Of a DNA stretch of 64,000 nucleotides, positions 52,545 to 64,000 are shown in pieces. Every line of letters starts with the position of its first letter. Positions within the stretch are counted from its first letter, which is position 1. The stretch is from Phoronis australis. Its lineage: Eukaryota > Animalia > Phoronida. The stretch spans positions 62,001 to 126,000 of the forward strand of contig NMRA01000470.1 of assembly GCA_002633005.1 (NCBI GenBank). The letters run 5' to 3'. The notes below the pieces were generated by a model that saw only the letters and a list, made by a program, of their open reading frames with translations, did not search any database and was not told the DNA's origin. A program made the position numbers and the translations under genes.

Positions 52545-55500
52545 TCATGTAGTTGGAGGGGGCGGGAAGTTGATGTGATAGATATCTTGCGCCGTTTGTG
52601 GCGGCTGTTGGTACTGCTCCCTGGTGACAGATTCCACAGTTTGTATGGGCGACGAGTAGCGCAGAGCTTCTGTCGCAACAGGGAAATAATGTTGAATAGG
52701 AAAGGCACAGGCACCATCTGTAATGTACTGCTGAACATGTCCTGTGTTTTGCTGAGTTGTCTGAGGCCATTTATAAAGGATGGTTTTGCCATCATTCTGG
52801 CAGGTCTTTGTTCCTAAGTCAGCACCGTCGCCTTCGACCACAGTTGCTGGCAATGATAGTGCTCCTTCTCGACCAAACTCTACAGCAGAAACAAGCTGCG
52901 CAAGAAAAGATGAAGGCATTGGCTGCGAATCATCAAATGTCTCTGACGCCTTGTGACCCATAGTGGTATCCAACACAGATGACTGCAGACTTACAATGGG
53001 GATTTCTGGTTGGGTAGGAACTGACAGCAAATTGGCAATGCGAGACTGTTTGGGCTTAGCAACACGCTTATTTGGCGGAGCTTTGAGTGATGCCGATGAC
53101 ACTGCATTTGGGTTCGTATCCAGCACCTGAACTCTCCTCACTGGTGGTAGATTTGAGTCATGACCATGTACGCGAATTGCATGTCGTCGCAAGTTGTATG
53201 ACCGCCGAAACGATGTGCCACACATACAGACAAATGGCTTCTCAGACTCGTGTGTTTTTGCATGTCTCACAAGTGCATTCTTGGTCTTGAATGAAAAGGA
53301 GCAGACTTCACAGACGAAGTTCCTCTCCTCCGTGTGTTTGTAGATAGTGTGCTCATTCAAAGTCTTCTTTGTGTGGAAGGCTGCGCCACACATGTCACAC
53401 ACAAAGTTCCGCGCAGAGTCAAAATGGAGGCTGACATGAACGCGAAGGTTGGATTGCTCTGTGCAAGAGAAATCGCAGTGAGGGCACCGATAGAGTTTCT
53501 CTTTGTAATGGCTCGCATTCATGTGCCGTTGCAAAGCTTGTTTCCTGCAAAATACCCAAACACATTTCGGGCTAACAGTTAATGATACTGATTACCTATT
53601 AGCTCCCCTGTAGGTACTGCAAGTATTACAGAAAAATTCAGAAAAATTGACATTGGCTTACCCGTTAAGCAGTGTGTAGAAAATGAGCAAAACCTGAACG
53701 AGTTAGGTCCTAAATTGCAATTTTTGTAGCCAAAACACACAATAAGAAAATTTTCATCTATTCAAGGTAAATATAAATGAAATTTAGGTCAATACATATA
53801 CAACAAGACCAACGTGGAGCATTGATAGGAACCCACAGTGTGCATTGCATACACTGTGGTGCAGATACAAGGGATTATTACATTCTCACTAAATGGAGCA
53901 AGCTAGTAAACTTAAAATAGCCTCTAGGGAGTGCATAACGAGTCAGCACTTCTCTCCTCACAGGGAACACACTTGCCAAGCCCGTAAAAATGGCACTGGG
54001 GGCACAGTTTTAGTCAGATATGTCAAAACATCATCACCTCTGTTATCACCTTCATAGAAGAACACTTGCCAAATTCCACAAAGATTGAGCAGGGAGAAAC
54101 AGCTGTCTGTGGATATGAAAAAACTGCCACTAGGGGGCACCACAAAGTCAAACTGTCCAAAAATCGTTAACGATGCTCTTTCCACTAGGAACGCTTTTGG
54201 CAATTTTCATAACAATTCTTAGAGTGCTTTGGCTGATGGAGAGATGGACGCCAAAACAGACTAAAACATATTAGAAAAACGGCCAATAGGAGGCGTACGC
54301 TACATCAAATCCATCCAAAAAAACAAAAATGAAAGGTGTCATCACCTCATTAATAGAAATGTATTTGCCAAATTTCACAAAAATCTACCAAGAACTCAAA
54401 AAATACAGAGGAAAATGGAGAAAAACAACACTGCCCCAAGGGGGCACAGCAGGAGTTGGATCCATCAAAACGTCATTGCCATCTGTTGTCACCTTCATAT
54501 AAAAATATTGCCAAACTCAACGATTCTGCAAAGGGTTAAGGAGATACAGCCACGGACGCAACAAAAACAAAACTGCCACTAGGAGGCACCACAGGAGTCG
54601 ATGCTATCCAAAAATCATCATCGCATATCCTCTTCCCAGTGACAAGATGTGTCAATTTTCATAATCATCATAAGAGTGGTTTGGCCAACGGAGAGGCAGA
54701 TGCTAAAAACAGACTCAAAAATAATAACAGCCAACAGGTTGCATTTACTACATCACATCCATCTGAAAACAGTACAGACCAAACAGTAGGGGCACACCAG
54801 TTGTTGAATCTGTTCAAAAGTTGTCGCCACCTGTTGTCAGCTGCCAAATTTAACAGAGATAATGCAGAGGGTTAAGGAGATACAGCCATGGACGCAAAAA
54901 AAAAACTGCCACAAGGAGGAGCCACTGTAGTCAGAGCCATCCAAACATCCCCGTCAGCCATCCTTTTCCCAGTAGGAACATATCTGTCAATTTCCACAAT
55001 CAGCCTTACAGCGGCAGATGGCAAAAAAACAGACTTGAAAACAGTAAAAATGGCCAGTAGTTGGCATGAAATAAATCGAATCGGTTTGAAAATGAGAAGG
55101 TATCATCATATTCCTTATAGATACCTATTTGCCAAGATTCATGAAAATTCGTTAAGGAACATTGAAGCCACAGAGGTGAAAATGGCATAAAATACATCGA
55201 ATCCATTTGAAAACGTGAAAGTGGTATCATCTTCCTAATAGATACCTATTTTCCAAATTTCATGAAAATTTGTTAAGGAACACTGAAGATACGGAGGAGA
55301 AAACAAAAAAACTAAAATTGCCACTAGGGGGCACTCTGGTGGTCGGATCCATCCAAAAATTCCCTCATGCTGTCCCATCCATGAAAGAAAGATTTCTGAA
55401 CTTTCGTGAACATACATCAAGGGATTTGGAGTTATAGCAGCGGACGCTGGACATCGGCCGTATGGATGCACAGACAGAGACGATGGCATAATGCTCCCAC

Positions 55501-58500
55501 ATATTTATATGTGGGCACACAAAAAGTAGATCCTTGGGTAGGGTGATGAGCAAGACATGAAGACACTAATTTCCTATTTCATTTTGGAATCATCAAGCGC
55601 CAGAATGTCAAAATCTTAATATGTCACTTCTAACTGCTGGGGATTTCCTAAAGAACCCTTGTGAAGTGACTTTGCATCTGACAACAGCACCCAAGCAGGG
55701 TCTCTCACAAGCAGTGATGGGGCACTTTTGAAAACATACATTGCCGCCAGCATCAACCTTACGAAAAACGGTCAAAAAGGGGTTTTACGATATAGCATGT
55801 TATTGGAGGACAGTTTCACTTTGTTGGCAACTTTGCTACTACAAGAAGTCTGGCAATGCTTCTTCGGTCAACTTGGAACATTTCAACAGCTAAAGGAAAA
55901 TTGAGAAAATATTGCCCATCTTATCCACACATACAGACCAATGTACTAAGACCCCATGAGCGATTTTTCAATCTTGTTTCTGAAATAATCCCCACGGGTA
56001 GTTATAATGGTGGGTGGTATTTCAGAAATCCCAACAACTACACAACAGATGATAGAAACATGAATCCAATCGTCAGGCAAGTTTTAGACCAATTGCCTGC
56101 AACAGTGGCTCGCAGAAGATAAGGTGCAACTTGGGATCACATCCGATATTTACCGGTAGTAGGCACTGCCGCATAGCTCGCACATGAATTCTCGCTCCTT
56201 GGAGATCTCACCAGAACGCTTCATGTGAGTATTAGTCATCTTGTGTTTAGTGTACGCTTTGGGAGTACGGAAAAACAGGTGGCACAATTTGCATTCTATT
56301 GGCTTCTCACCTAGGAAAGTTGATAAGAATAAACAGAATGCAATAAATAATACAAACAAAGTTGACAGGAGTGTGAAATTTTCTGAGTAACCAAGTATCC
56401 TCGACTGCCCATCTATCAATTCAATGAAATGAGGCCTATGTATTGTCAACATGATCTAATTGACAGTAATAAAGTTACTTTAATCCGTTCCAATATGAGT
56501 ACTTCAAACCGCCACAGGTCAAACACTCTTTTACTTTTTCTTAAGTGCAAAACTGGCTGCATGCAAGTTAGATGCGGCAAGAAATTCCAGCCGCTTAGCC
56601 TCATGGGAAAGAAGTGAGGGACAAAATACATCATTTTCGGTGTGCGACAAAAGTACAAAGTTTCATAATTTAGCACCCATGCTAGGTTCAACTAAATTCG
56701 GACAAGTATGATATTTCAAGATGGCTCAACTTATCTCAGACAAGTACAATATTTCAAGATTTTTGTTTAAAAAGTTCTATAAACCCACCGTTAATCACAA
56801 ACGTTAACTTTTGATTTAGACCACATGCATACTGTTATGAAATTGTTTGAATCCTCAAATTTGAGGTGACTGAACAGAGAGTTCAATTAGTGCTCGCAGA
56901 ACAGGCTCTACAAGTTGGCTAGTCAAAGTGTTACATTTTATGCACAGAGCTTGGTCTCAATGAATAACAATTTGTCAGTAATTTGCAAACTCACAAATCA
57001 CTTCTCATCCCAGTAGGAAACAAGTTGAAGCCTGTTTCACTTAGTAAATGGTTTGGATCAAAAATTTAATTTTCTAATGAAAGGCCAATTTAAACCCACT
57101 ATAAGTGTATGTGTAAGTGGGGAGGAAATGCCACTTTAAAAGAGGGACAAACTATAAAAACAAGTGATGGATCATTCCAGAGACTACAGAGTGAATATCA
57201 AAAATAACAGACATCTGATACAGATAAATACAATAATTGCTAAAGCTGCACTGTGTTAAATGATGTTATTGTTCAGTTCATGCAGACAGTATTGGAAGTC
57301 TACTTAAAACTTAACTAGTATGAGAATCTCAACAATTTTGGACACTACATGGCGTGATATACAGAACCAAAATGAGACTTTGCTATACAAGTTTTATGCC
57401 ATAATTACCAATAGACAATATTTTGATAAATTGAGGGCATTGACAACAGTGGTAGAAGCCCATGAAAAACTAAAAAAGTGCAATTTTTGGCGATTGTTTT
57501 TGTATGAAATTGGTGAACTTTGACTGTCACAGTACAAAATGAAGTCAAAGTCTTGACGTGACTTGATAGTGAGACATTAAGGCTGGGTCTAACAATTCGT
57601 CAAAAAGAGTGATATTCACTGTTACCAAAACAATCTCACCAGTATGCAGTCGCATGTGAATTTCCAGCATGCCCGGCCGCTGCATTTTCTTGCCACAAAT
57701 CGGGCACTCATGTTTCTTAGGCTCCTGCGCCACCTTCACACCATGCACCAGCCTCTGGTGGCGCTGTGCCACCTTCTTACGGTAGAACCACTGGCCGCAG
57801 ATGGTGCAATCATATTTCTTGTGGGCCAGCACATGTTGGTCATATTGCTGGCGACGCATGAAAAATAATCCGCATATGTTGCAGGTCGCCTCAGCATTTG
57901 CCCTGTGCACGGCCTCGTGTTCTGCCAAAGCCTCAAAGGTTTCCGCAAACTCCCCACAAACTGAGCAGGCAAACATTGAATTCTCACTGGCATGTAACTT
58001 CAGGTGGAGACGCAGATAGTTCTGCCGTGTGAATCGGCGGCCACAATGGAAACATTCAAACCGTGGCTCTGGTGCCTTGCCATGCTCCTTCACCTGAAGA
58101 TGATAACAGTTTGTAAATGAAATGTTGTTGATCCCAAATTACCACTACCAGGTATTTTGTTTGAGGTATTAATCATTTAGAAAAAAAATAGTCTGCACTG
58201 AGCACAGGGCATTTTAGGATGATCATTGTTCTGATTTCATGCCCAATTCCAACAATTTGGTAAATGTCACGGTTCACAATTCACAAGTGAATAATAGGAC
58301 CAGCGACAGTAGTTTAATCATACATTAAACCAGGAAGAGATAACCAGCCTGGTTATCTCTTCCTGATTATACGTATATCAACGATACAGCCACACTTCAC
58401 AAACTCTGATAAAAGACTCACTCAAACAAGGAGACCTCCAGAGAACCTGCATGGGCATTTGCCTATCACTGACAAGCCAATAAATAGCTTAAGGTGGACA

Positions 58501-61500
58501 GCACAATGGACATCAGAATACAAGCAGTGATCAGCGCTAACAGGCCACAGCCCGTTCTGGCACACACTTCCCCTTACAGAATAATGATACCCCGACATTA
58601 CAAACTGAACATAAAATACTTAATGACAACAGATAACTGACACTGAAAGTAAGAATATTACCATGGTCAGATAGATACAGTCCAACAACAAAGACAATCA
58701 ATTGGTACCAAAATCATTTTGCAACACTTCAAAAAATGTAACTTGTGAGCATACTTCTACCACGTCATGTATACTCAATGTGTTAGAACTCTATTCACTA
58801 CAGACAGTGACTATGAGAGTTGACACAATGAATATATCATGTACCCGGTAACCACAGCAAACACCACGTTCATCACAGCATTTACATTAGCTGTTACGGA
58901 CAGCCCATCCCACCACATAAACAAGATAGAACCCTTGTCCATGTATGTGGATTGAGACCAGTGTTACAATACAGCAAGCACCTGATAAGCGTCACTAGAG
59001 TCCATAAAGCACCCTTACAACAGCCTCTATCAGCCAGTGGTTTACAAAATTTCATGTGGTTTGAATATTTAAAATAGCCTTTACTGTGTGGTTTTGACTA
59101 AAACTGAACTTTAGTGTTACCCACCATATGTGTGTCGAACAGTTTCCTGTTGGTGAACTGCTCCCCACAGGAGCTGCATTCTCGCACTTTCTTTGTCCCC
59201 GATGAATTACGTGGCTTGCATGTGTGATGATCCAGGTGAGCGATATTGTAGAACTCCTTTTTGCACTTGAGACAACAACATGGCTGCTTACAGTGAGTCC
59301 GCACGTGTGCATTAAATGCGTGTCCATGCGAGAACTGCTTCGAGCACAGGCTACATTGATGGCGTTTTTTCACCTGATTCGGCCACTTGCGAGGGCCTCG
59401 GGTGGTCATACGATTCTGATCACCATCATCCTCATTGTCCCCATCTGCGTTACAGCTCTGAATCTGAGCACTGACATTATCGCCACTTGTTTCCACCTCT
59501 GTTTTCTCAGAATGCTCCAAACCTCCATTGATGGAATTTTTTATACGCTTGTTAGACAATTTCTCACCATTTTCACTTCTGATTCTCTGTGGTTGGCGTG
59601 ATTTCCTTTTGTTGCTAATCTTTTCTGATGACTCCGTCTTTCGAGGACGGCCAACTTTTTTCTTGGGTTTTAAATTGTTCAATTGTGTCTTAGAATCCAC
59701 TGGAACTTGTGTTACAAGATCATGCAATATGGAACCAACAATTATCTGTGGTGTGTCTGACGAAACACACTGCTTTTCTGTTGATCCAACAGAAAATTGT
59801 GCCTCACTGGTGGCAGTTTTGAGTAGATTGAGAGCTTCCATCTTTCCTTGTTCTGACTGCAGGGAGCTGATAGATTTGAGGACATCATTGAGCTGCAAAC
59901 ACAATTTGTAATGATTGAGTGTGTGCTACATGTACATGTAATCGCACAAATCAGTACATCAGGGTCTAAGTGCATACCTAGAAAAGTTAAAATCTTGCAA
60001 AGAACAAATACTAGCAATATCCTGTGAAGGTTGTGAGAAAATGCACTGGCAGATCTAGGATGTCGCAAAGGATGTGGGGGCAACCACAACTTGCAAAGGA
60101 AAAATGAATGCCAATGTATATCCCCTAAAAATCACAACAGGGCAACATTTTCAGTTGTTTTTTCGAAAGGAGGGGGGGCTAAGGCTCACTGGGCCCCATG
60201 AATTCACCTATGGGATGGATCTGAAGCGCCTGTGAAATATCTTCAGAAAGTTAAAGTCTCACAACAGAAGACACAACTTGAAAGCAAGCATAAGGAAAAT
60301 AACCCAAACACAATTTCTATACTGATGACAAAGCACTGAATAGCAAGAATTCTTAGATTTGCCAGTGTATTTAATTTTCTTATTGTTTACCAGTAATTGT
60401 TTTCTTAGCTTGAACATTCCTCAGGAATAAAACCTCTCCGTTTCAGGGATTGATTTGCAAAGTTTACACCTGGATTAGTGTAAGCTCTTAATTGTCCTTC
60501 ATAGAAGGGGTATTGATGTTAAAGCAGCCGGTGTTTGGATCAGTGATGTATAGTGTTGTATCATATACAATTGGATTTATCAGACATGTTGCTCTGAAGA
60601 GCAATTTTTCAGTACCAGTTTCACTGTGAAATGTTACCTTCTGTGACAAAATTTCAAAAAAAGTGTACGGTAAATCTCACCATGAAAAATATATATGCCG
60701 AATTGCCCTTTTATCAATTTTCAAGGTCTTCTTACGCTGCTTTGAACGCCCAAAATTTCATATGATGGCAGATATCATACAAAACTTGAAAATTGTAAAG
60801 CATTCATTTTGTGCAAGATGTCGTTTACGAAAAAAATGAGACAATAAATTTTCACTTTGTCGGATCACATTGTATCCCATTGGTGATATAATTATCGAAT
60901 CTTTTCCAACAAAATTACCCGAAAGCGTTCACTTTGAGAGTTCAAAGCTTATGAAGGTTCTTTTTTCACATACAGAAATCTTCAGAATGTTGTTTAATAT
61001 CATCCAATTTTAAAAAGTTCAGTTGCAATTAGGATGCTTGATTTAACTGGCTAGATCAAAGCCTATGCCATCTTATATAGACAGAAGAGATTTGGCTACA
61101 TTGTTCATCGGGGTAATCGTTACATTGCACAAGAGCTTGTATAAGGCGACTGCCAATATTCCTGGTTCCTACAACTCTTTTTATGCGGTTATCTGGCTAT
61201 GCATGGATAACTATCGGTAGGGGATTGATTTGCTTCAGGCAATAAATTATTACAACCCAAGTGAACAAAGTCAATACAACTGGAAATTTAAGAGCTGAGA
61301 AATTCTGAAAGTTAGCACAGGTTAGCATATCTGCGCTGCTACAACCATATGAACAACCTAACAAAACATTCTGCTATAGTATCTGCTAAAAAGATGGTTA
61401 TAGGTCCACGTTTGTTTTACGAGAGCTACACACAACATTGGCAGTCAATCATTCACAACTTTTGGGGCACTGCTTGATAAATATCGATCACGTCACGTAA

Positions 61501-61584
61501 AGTGCTAGAAATATCCACCTTTCGTTTTAAGTCTTCCAATTCTTCGTTAGGTAATCCATGACCATTCTCTATCTCTTCTGCCAT
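52545..61584 (-). CDS. C2H2 zinc-finger protein (about 14 fingers) with an AT-hook, 814 aa
   Basis: Phase-consistent exons 61519-61584 (MAEEIENGHG..LKRK), 59125-59892, 57640-58093, 56154-56310 and 52545-53544 total 2445 nt. It has a KKKVGRPRK AT-hook, C2H2 fingers with HTGEKP- and EKPF-type linkers, and a Q/P/T-rich C-terminus. The first exon is the least certain. Confidence 0.92.
53802..55525 (+). mobile_element. Helentron-associated non-autonomous element (HINE / pearl / DTC84-like) with an internal tandem array
   Basis: Starts with aacaag and has sub-terminal inverted repeats ggagcatt (53816) / aatgctcc (55490). Internal degenerate repeats contain ctgccactagggggcac and tttgccaaatttca. It ends with a gacaga-type microsatellite, the hairpin cccacatat-tt-atatgtggg and an A-run. 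Confidence 0.75.
58331..58365. repeat. Perfect 35-bp palindrome
   Basis: caggaagagataaccag-c-ctggttatctcttcctg. Confidence 0.95.
60700..61200 (-). mobile_element. Decayed CR1/L2-like LINE 3' remnant in intron 1 of the zinc-finger gene
   Basis: Traces such as LNFLKLDDI..(F.Y) amid many stop codons. Confidence 0.3.
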
Positions 61585-61687
61585 CGCAAAGCCTGCAGAC
61601 AAGTCGCTTCTTTGATTTGAGAATTCTTGGGTAAAGTACGAATGAACAAATCACAAAAAGTTCAGTACCCACTTTTGTTTCTTCGCA

Positions 61688-61699
61688 AAGATGGCCGCC
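61688..61699 (-). promoter_or_regulatory. YY1-like motif in the 5' UTR or proximal promoter of the zinc-finger gene
   Basis: ggcggccatctt on the minus strand lies about 105 bp upstream of the predicted ATG. Confidence 0.5.
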
Positions 61700-64000
61700 T
61701 TTGTTGTCAATCGCCCTCTGTTGGTAACTAACTGCTGTCAAACACTATCGCAAGAGGTCATCACTGCAGCGTTAACGAACTCCTATCCACAAGAGTCCGT
61801 CTTGGTCAAATATCAACGAAACTGTATATTTGAATTCATTAATGTAAGAAAGCCTGCAGAATTAAATATTTAACTTCATACCAATTTCCCATTAATTGGA
61901 TTACGTGACTATGTCTTTTCATTTAAAATCAGCGAAAAGAAAGTCGTATTCGTTTGCAGGGTATACCAATGTTCGATGAAATCCCACACTCCGCGTTTCA
62001 GGTTTTTAGTATTAGCGTTTGGGGGTTTTCAGAAAACTCATAGACTGCTGTTTTGAAAGATTTTGAACAAACTATTCCGGCTAACAGCGCCGATAGCACT
62101 TAAAGTTAGTTTCTGAAAGTTTTGAGAATCCGATCAGCAATTTCTGATGGTTTTCCGGTGTTCATAACCCTAACTGGGTTAACACCTTTGAAAGCTATAA
62201 CGTGAAAAAGTCGTTATTACGAGAAAAGGGAGGTTCAATGTTGATACTTTTATCGATCACGAAATTTGATACCTTTTTCCTGTTTGGCATTGAAATGCTG
62301 TCGTAGGATTCTCACCTTGGAATTGGGAAATTTAATGTTCACAATTAAAACCATATTCACGGGTGATGATTGACAACCATTATTCGGTTGCTTAGCATTG
62401 CAAATCATTATTATAGTCCGGTTATTTTAACTTTTTTTGTTTAATCGTGGCTCAGCCCGACACATACATGTAGAAGTGCAGTGTACTCGCTGAAGTAGGT
62501 GAAAAAGTTTCACATTTCACTTTTAGAAAAAAAAAAGAAGTTTAGCCAGGGATTCAGCACGCGGCGGCGTTTTCAATGTAATTTAAGTATAAGGCGTCGT
62601 GCGCAGGCGGCACATTTCATAGCGGGCCACTTGAAGTTCTACAGTGTCTGTTCTGAAGTGGGAAAATTAGGAGGACTTGTTGCTGAGTCACACTCGGATG
62701 GCTATTTTTTACCGACTCCATGTTTTTATTTTACTGTGTGACATTTTCAAGTGTATTATTTCGTCTGGAACTGAACCCTGGAAATAACGCAAATAGTTAT
62801 TGTTCCAAACGGGTAATTGCATTTCACATTGTTGCATTGATTTCTGCCATTAGTTTTGATCAGTTTCTCCGCATTGCCTTTGTGTTAAAATCTGACTGCA
62901 GGGCGTATTATTCAAGTGTTCGTTGCATCGTTGTTGATGTGTCCGTCGGCCCATTAAGTTTAGCGTCAATGAAACTTGTTTATGCTCCAATAACGCAGGC
63001 GCGATCGCACAATTATCCCTTGATGGTGAAACTGAGACACAGTACGAAAAAAAATCGGCCATGGAGTCTAAATCAGAATGAGAAAATACTACCGGGGATG
63101 CACACAAAAACAATAGATCGACATCGGCATGCCTACTAGATTTATCGAATGAACGCAAACCTTATACAAATTTTATTAACTTTGGTTAACCAAGTAAACA
63201 TTTTGAGGAAGAAATGGCGGACTAATTTAAGATATTCTAGAAAATCGGGAATCAAGAACGAACGGGCCTTCAGTACATTTCTTGGTTTCACGTTTCAAGT
63301 TGTTACAGCCAGTGGAAAGGAATGCCGATTTTACGATTTCTCAGTGCTCGGGCATGCAAATCTCAGTGAAGCCCCACACCTTGGCCCAGGTTTCGCTGGT
63401 AGCCGCGAGGGACTGTCGTGAACAAGCAATGGTCGAATGGTCTAGCATCTCAACTTGTCGGAGATATGAAAACAATAATTGTACAACGACGTAGATAACA
63501 ATAAGACCGCCCATTACATTACATGTAAAATAACTACAGTGTAGCCTACTCGCTAGGTAAATAAATTTTATCGCTGTTCAAGACAACAGCGGATCGCTTT
63601 GTTAGATGATTGTTTTGATTCGATTTAACTCCCACAACACAAAAACAAAACAATTTACCCCTGAAGCTCTGGTCAAGTGCTATATTAAAATTCTGTTAAT
63701 TTTGTGCACTGTAGGCTTTGCATCACTATTTATTTTCAAGTATAGTTTTTGTTAGTCGCAGTTTTCCGCTATTTCGAGTTTTAAAAGATTTGCAAAGGAA
63801 GCTGTCATAATAGTTTTAGTATGGATACTCAACATATATAAGTTCAGATGTTTTCATTTGTTCGTATTTACAATAAGTGCGCTTGTGTGTAAAACCAGGT
63901 TCAAAGGACCATTCAAACGTAAAGCCACATTCAAGTCGACCTATAATGCTTTATGGCTGAAGCAAGGCAGCCAGGCCACGTGGGGTTCAACACCTGGGGG

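Noticed and set aside
52455-59911. Plus-strand and alternate-frame ORFs overlapping the zinc-finger exons
   Set aside because: They are antisense or shadow frames of real coding exons.
61547-61741. 64-aa ORF with CRLC as a zf-AD (ZAD) first exon
   Set aside because: It ends in a stop with no second Cys pair. The MAEEIE exon in another frame splices in phase to exon 2.
62499-63494. ORFs of a possible divergent gene at the right edge
   Set aside because: No domain or consistent exon structure was recognisable.

Overview
Intron-rich, AT-rich eukaryotic DNA, most likely from an invertebrate animal. This is inferred from the GT-AG introns, the U6 snRNA and the transposon types; nothing prokaryotic was seen. 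Three minus-strand multi-exon genes were reconstructed by hand with phase-consistent splice sites. (1) A tandem MAM-domain extracellular protein: 14 exons, four complete MAM domains plus the start of a fifth, running off the window's left edge. (2) A secreted or GPI-type leucine-rich-repeat protein whose predicted exon 4 is degenerate and has an in-frame TGA. (3) An 814-aa protein with an AT-hook and about 14 C2H2 zinc fingers. A divergent U6 snRNA gene with TATA and PSE-like elements lies at 48701. The rest is a layered set of transposon remains: an RTE-X-like LINE interrupted by a THAP-bearing insert, an RNase H LINE fragment, a Helentron-associated (HINE/pearl-type) element and several MITE families. 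The most unusual region is 35.4-41.5 kb, where a decayed Academ(X)-like transposase lies collinear with an intronless AMSH-type JAMM deubiquitinase domain and possibly an OTU-like remnant. All family assignments come from motif recognition by eye; no searches were run.
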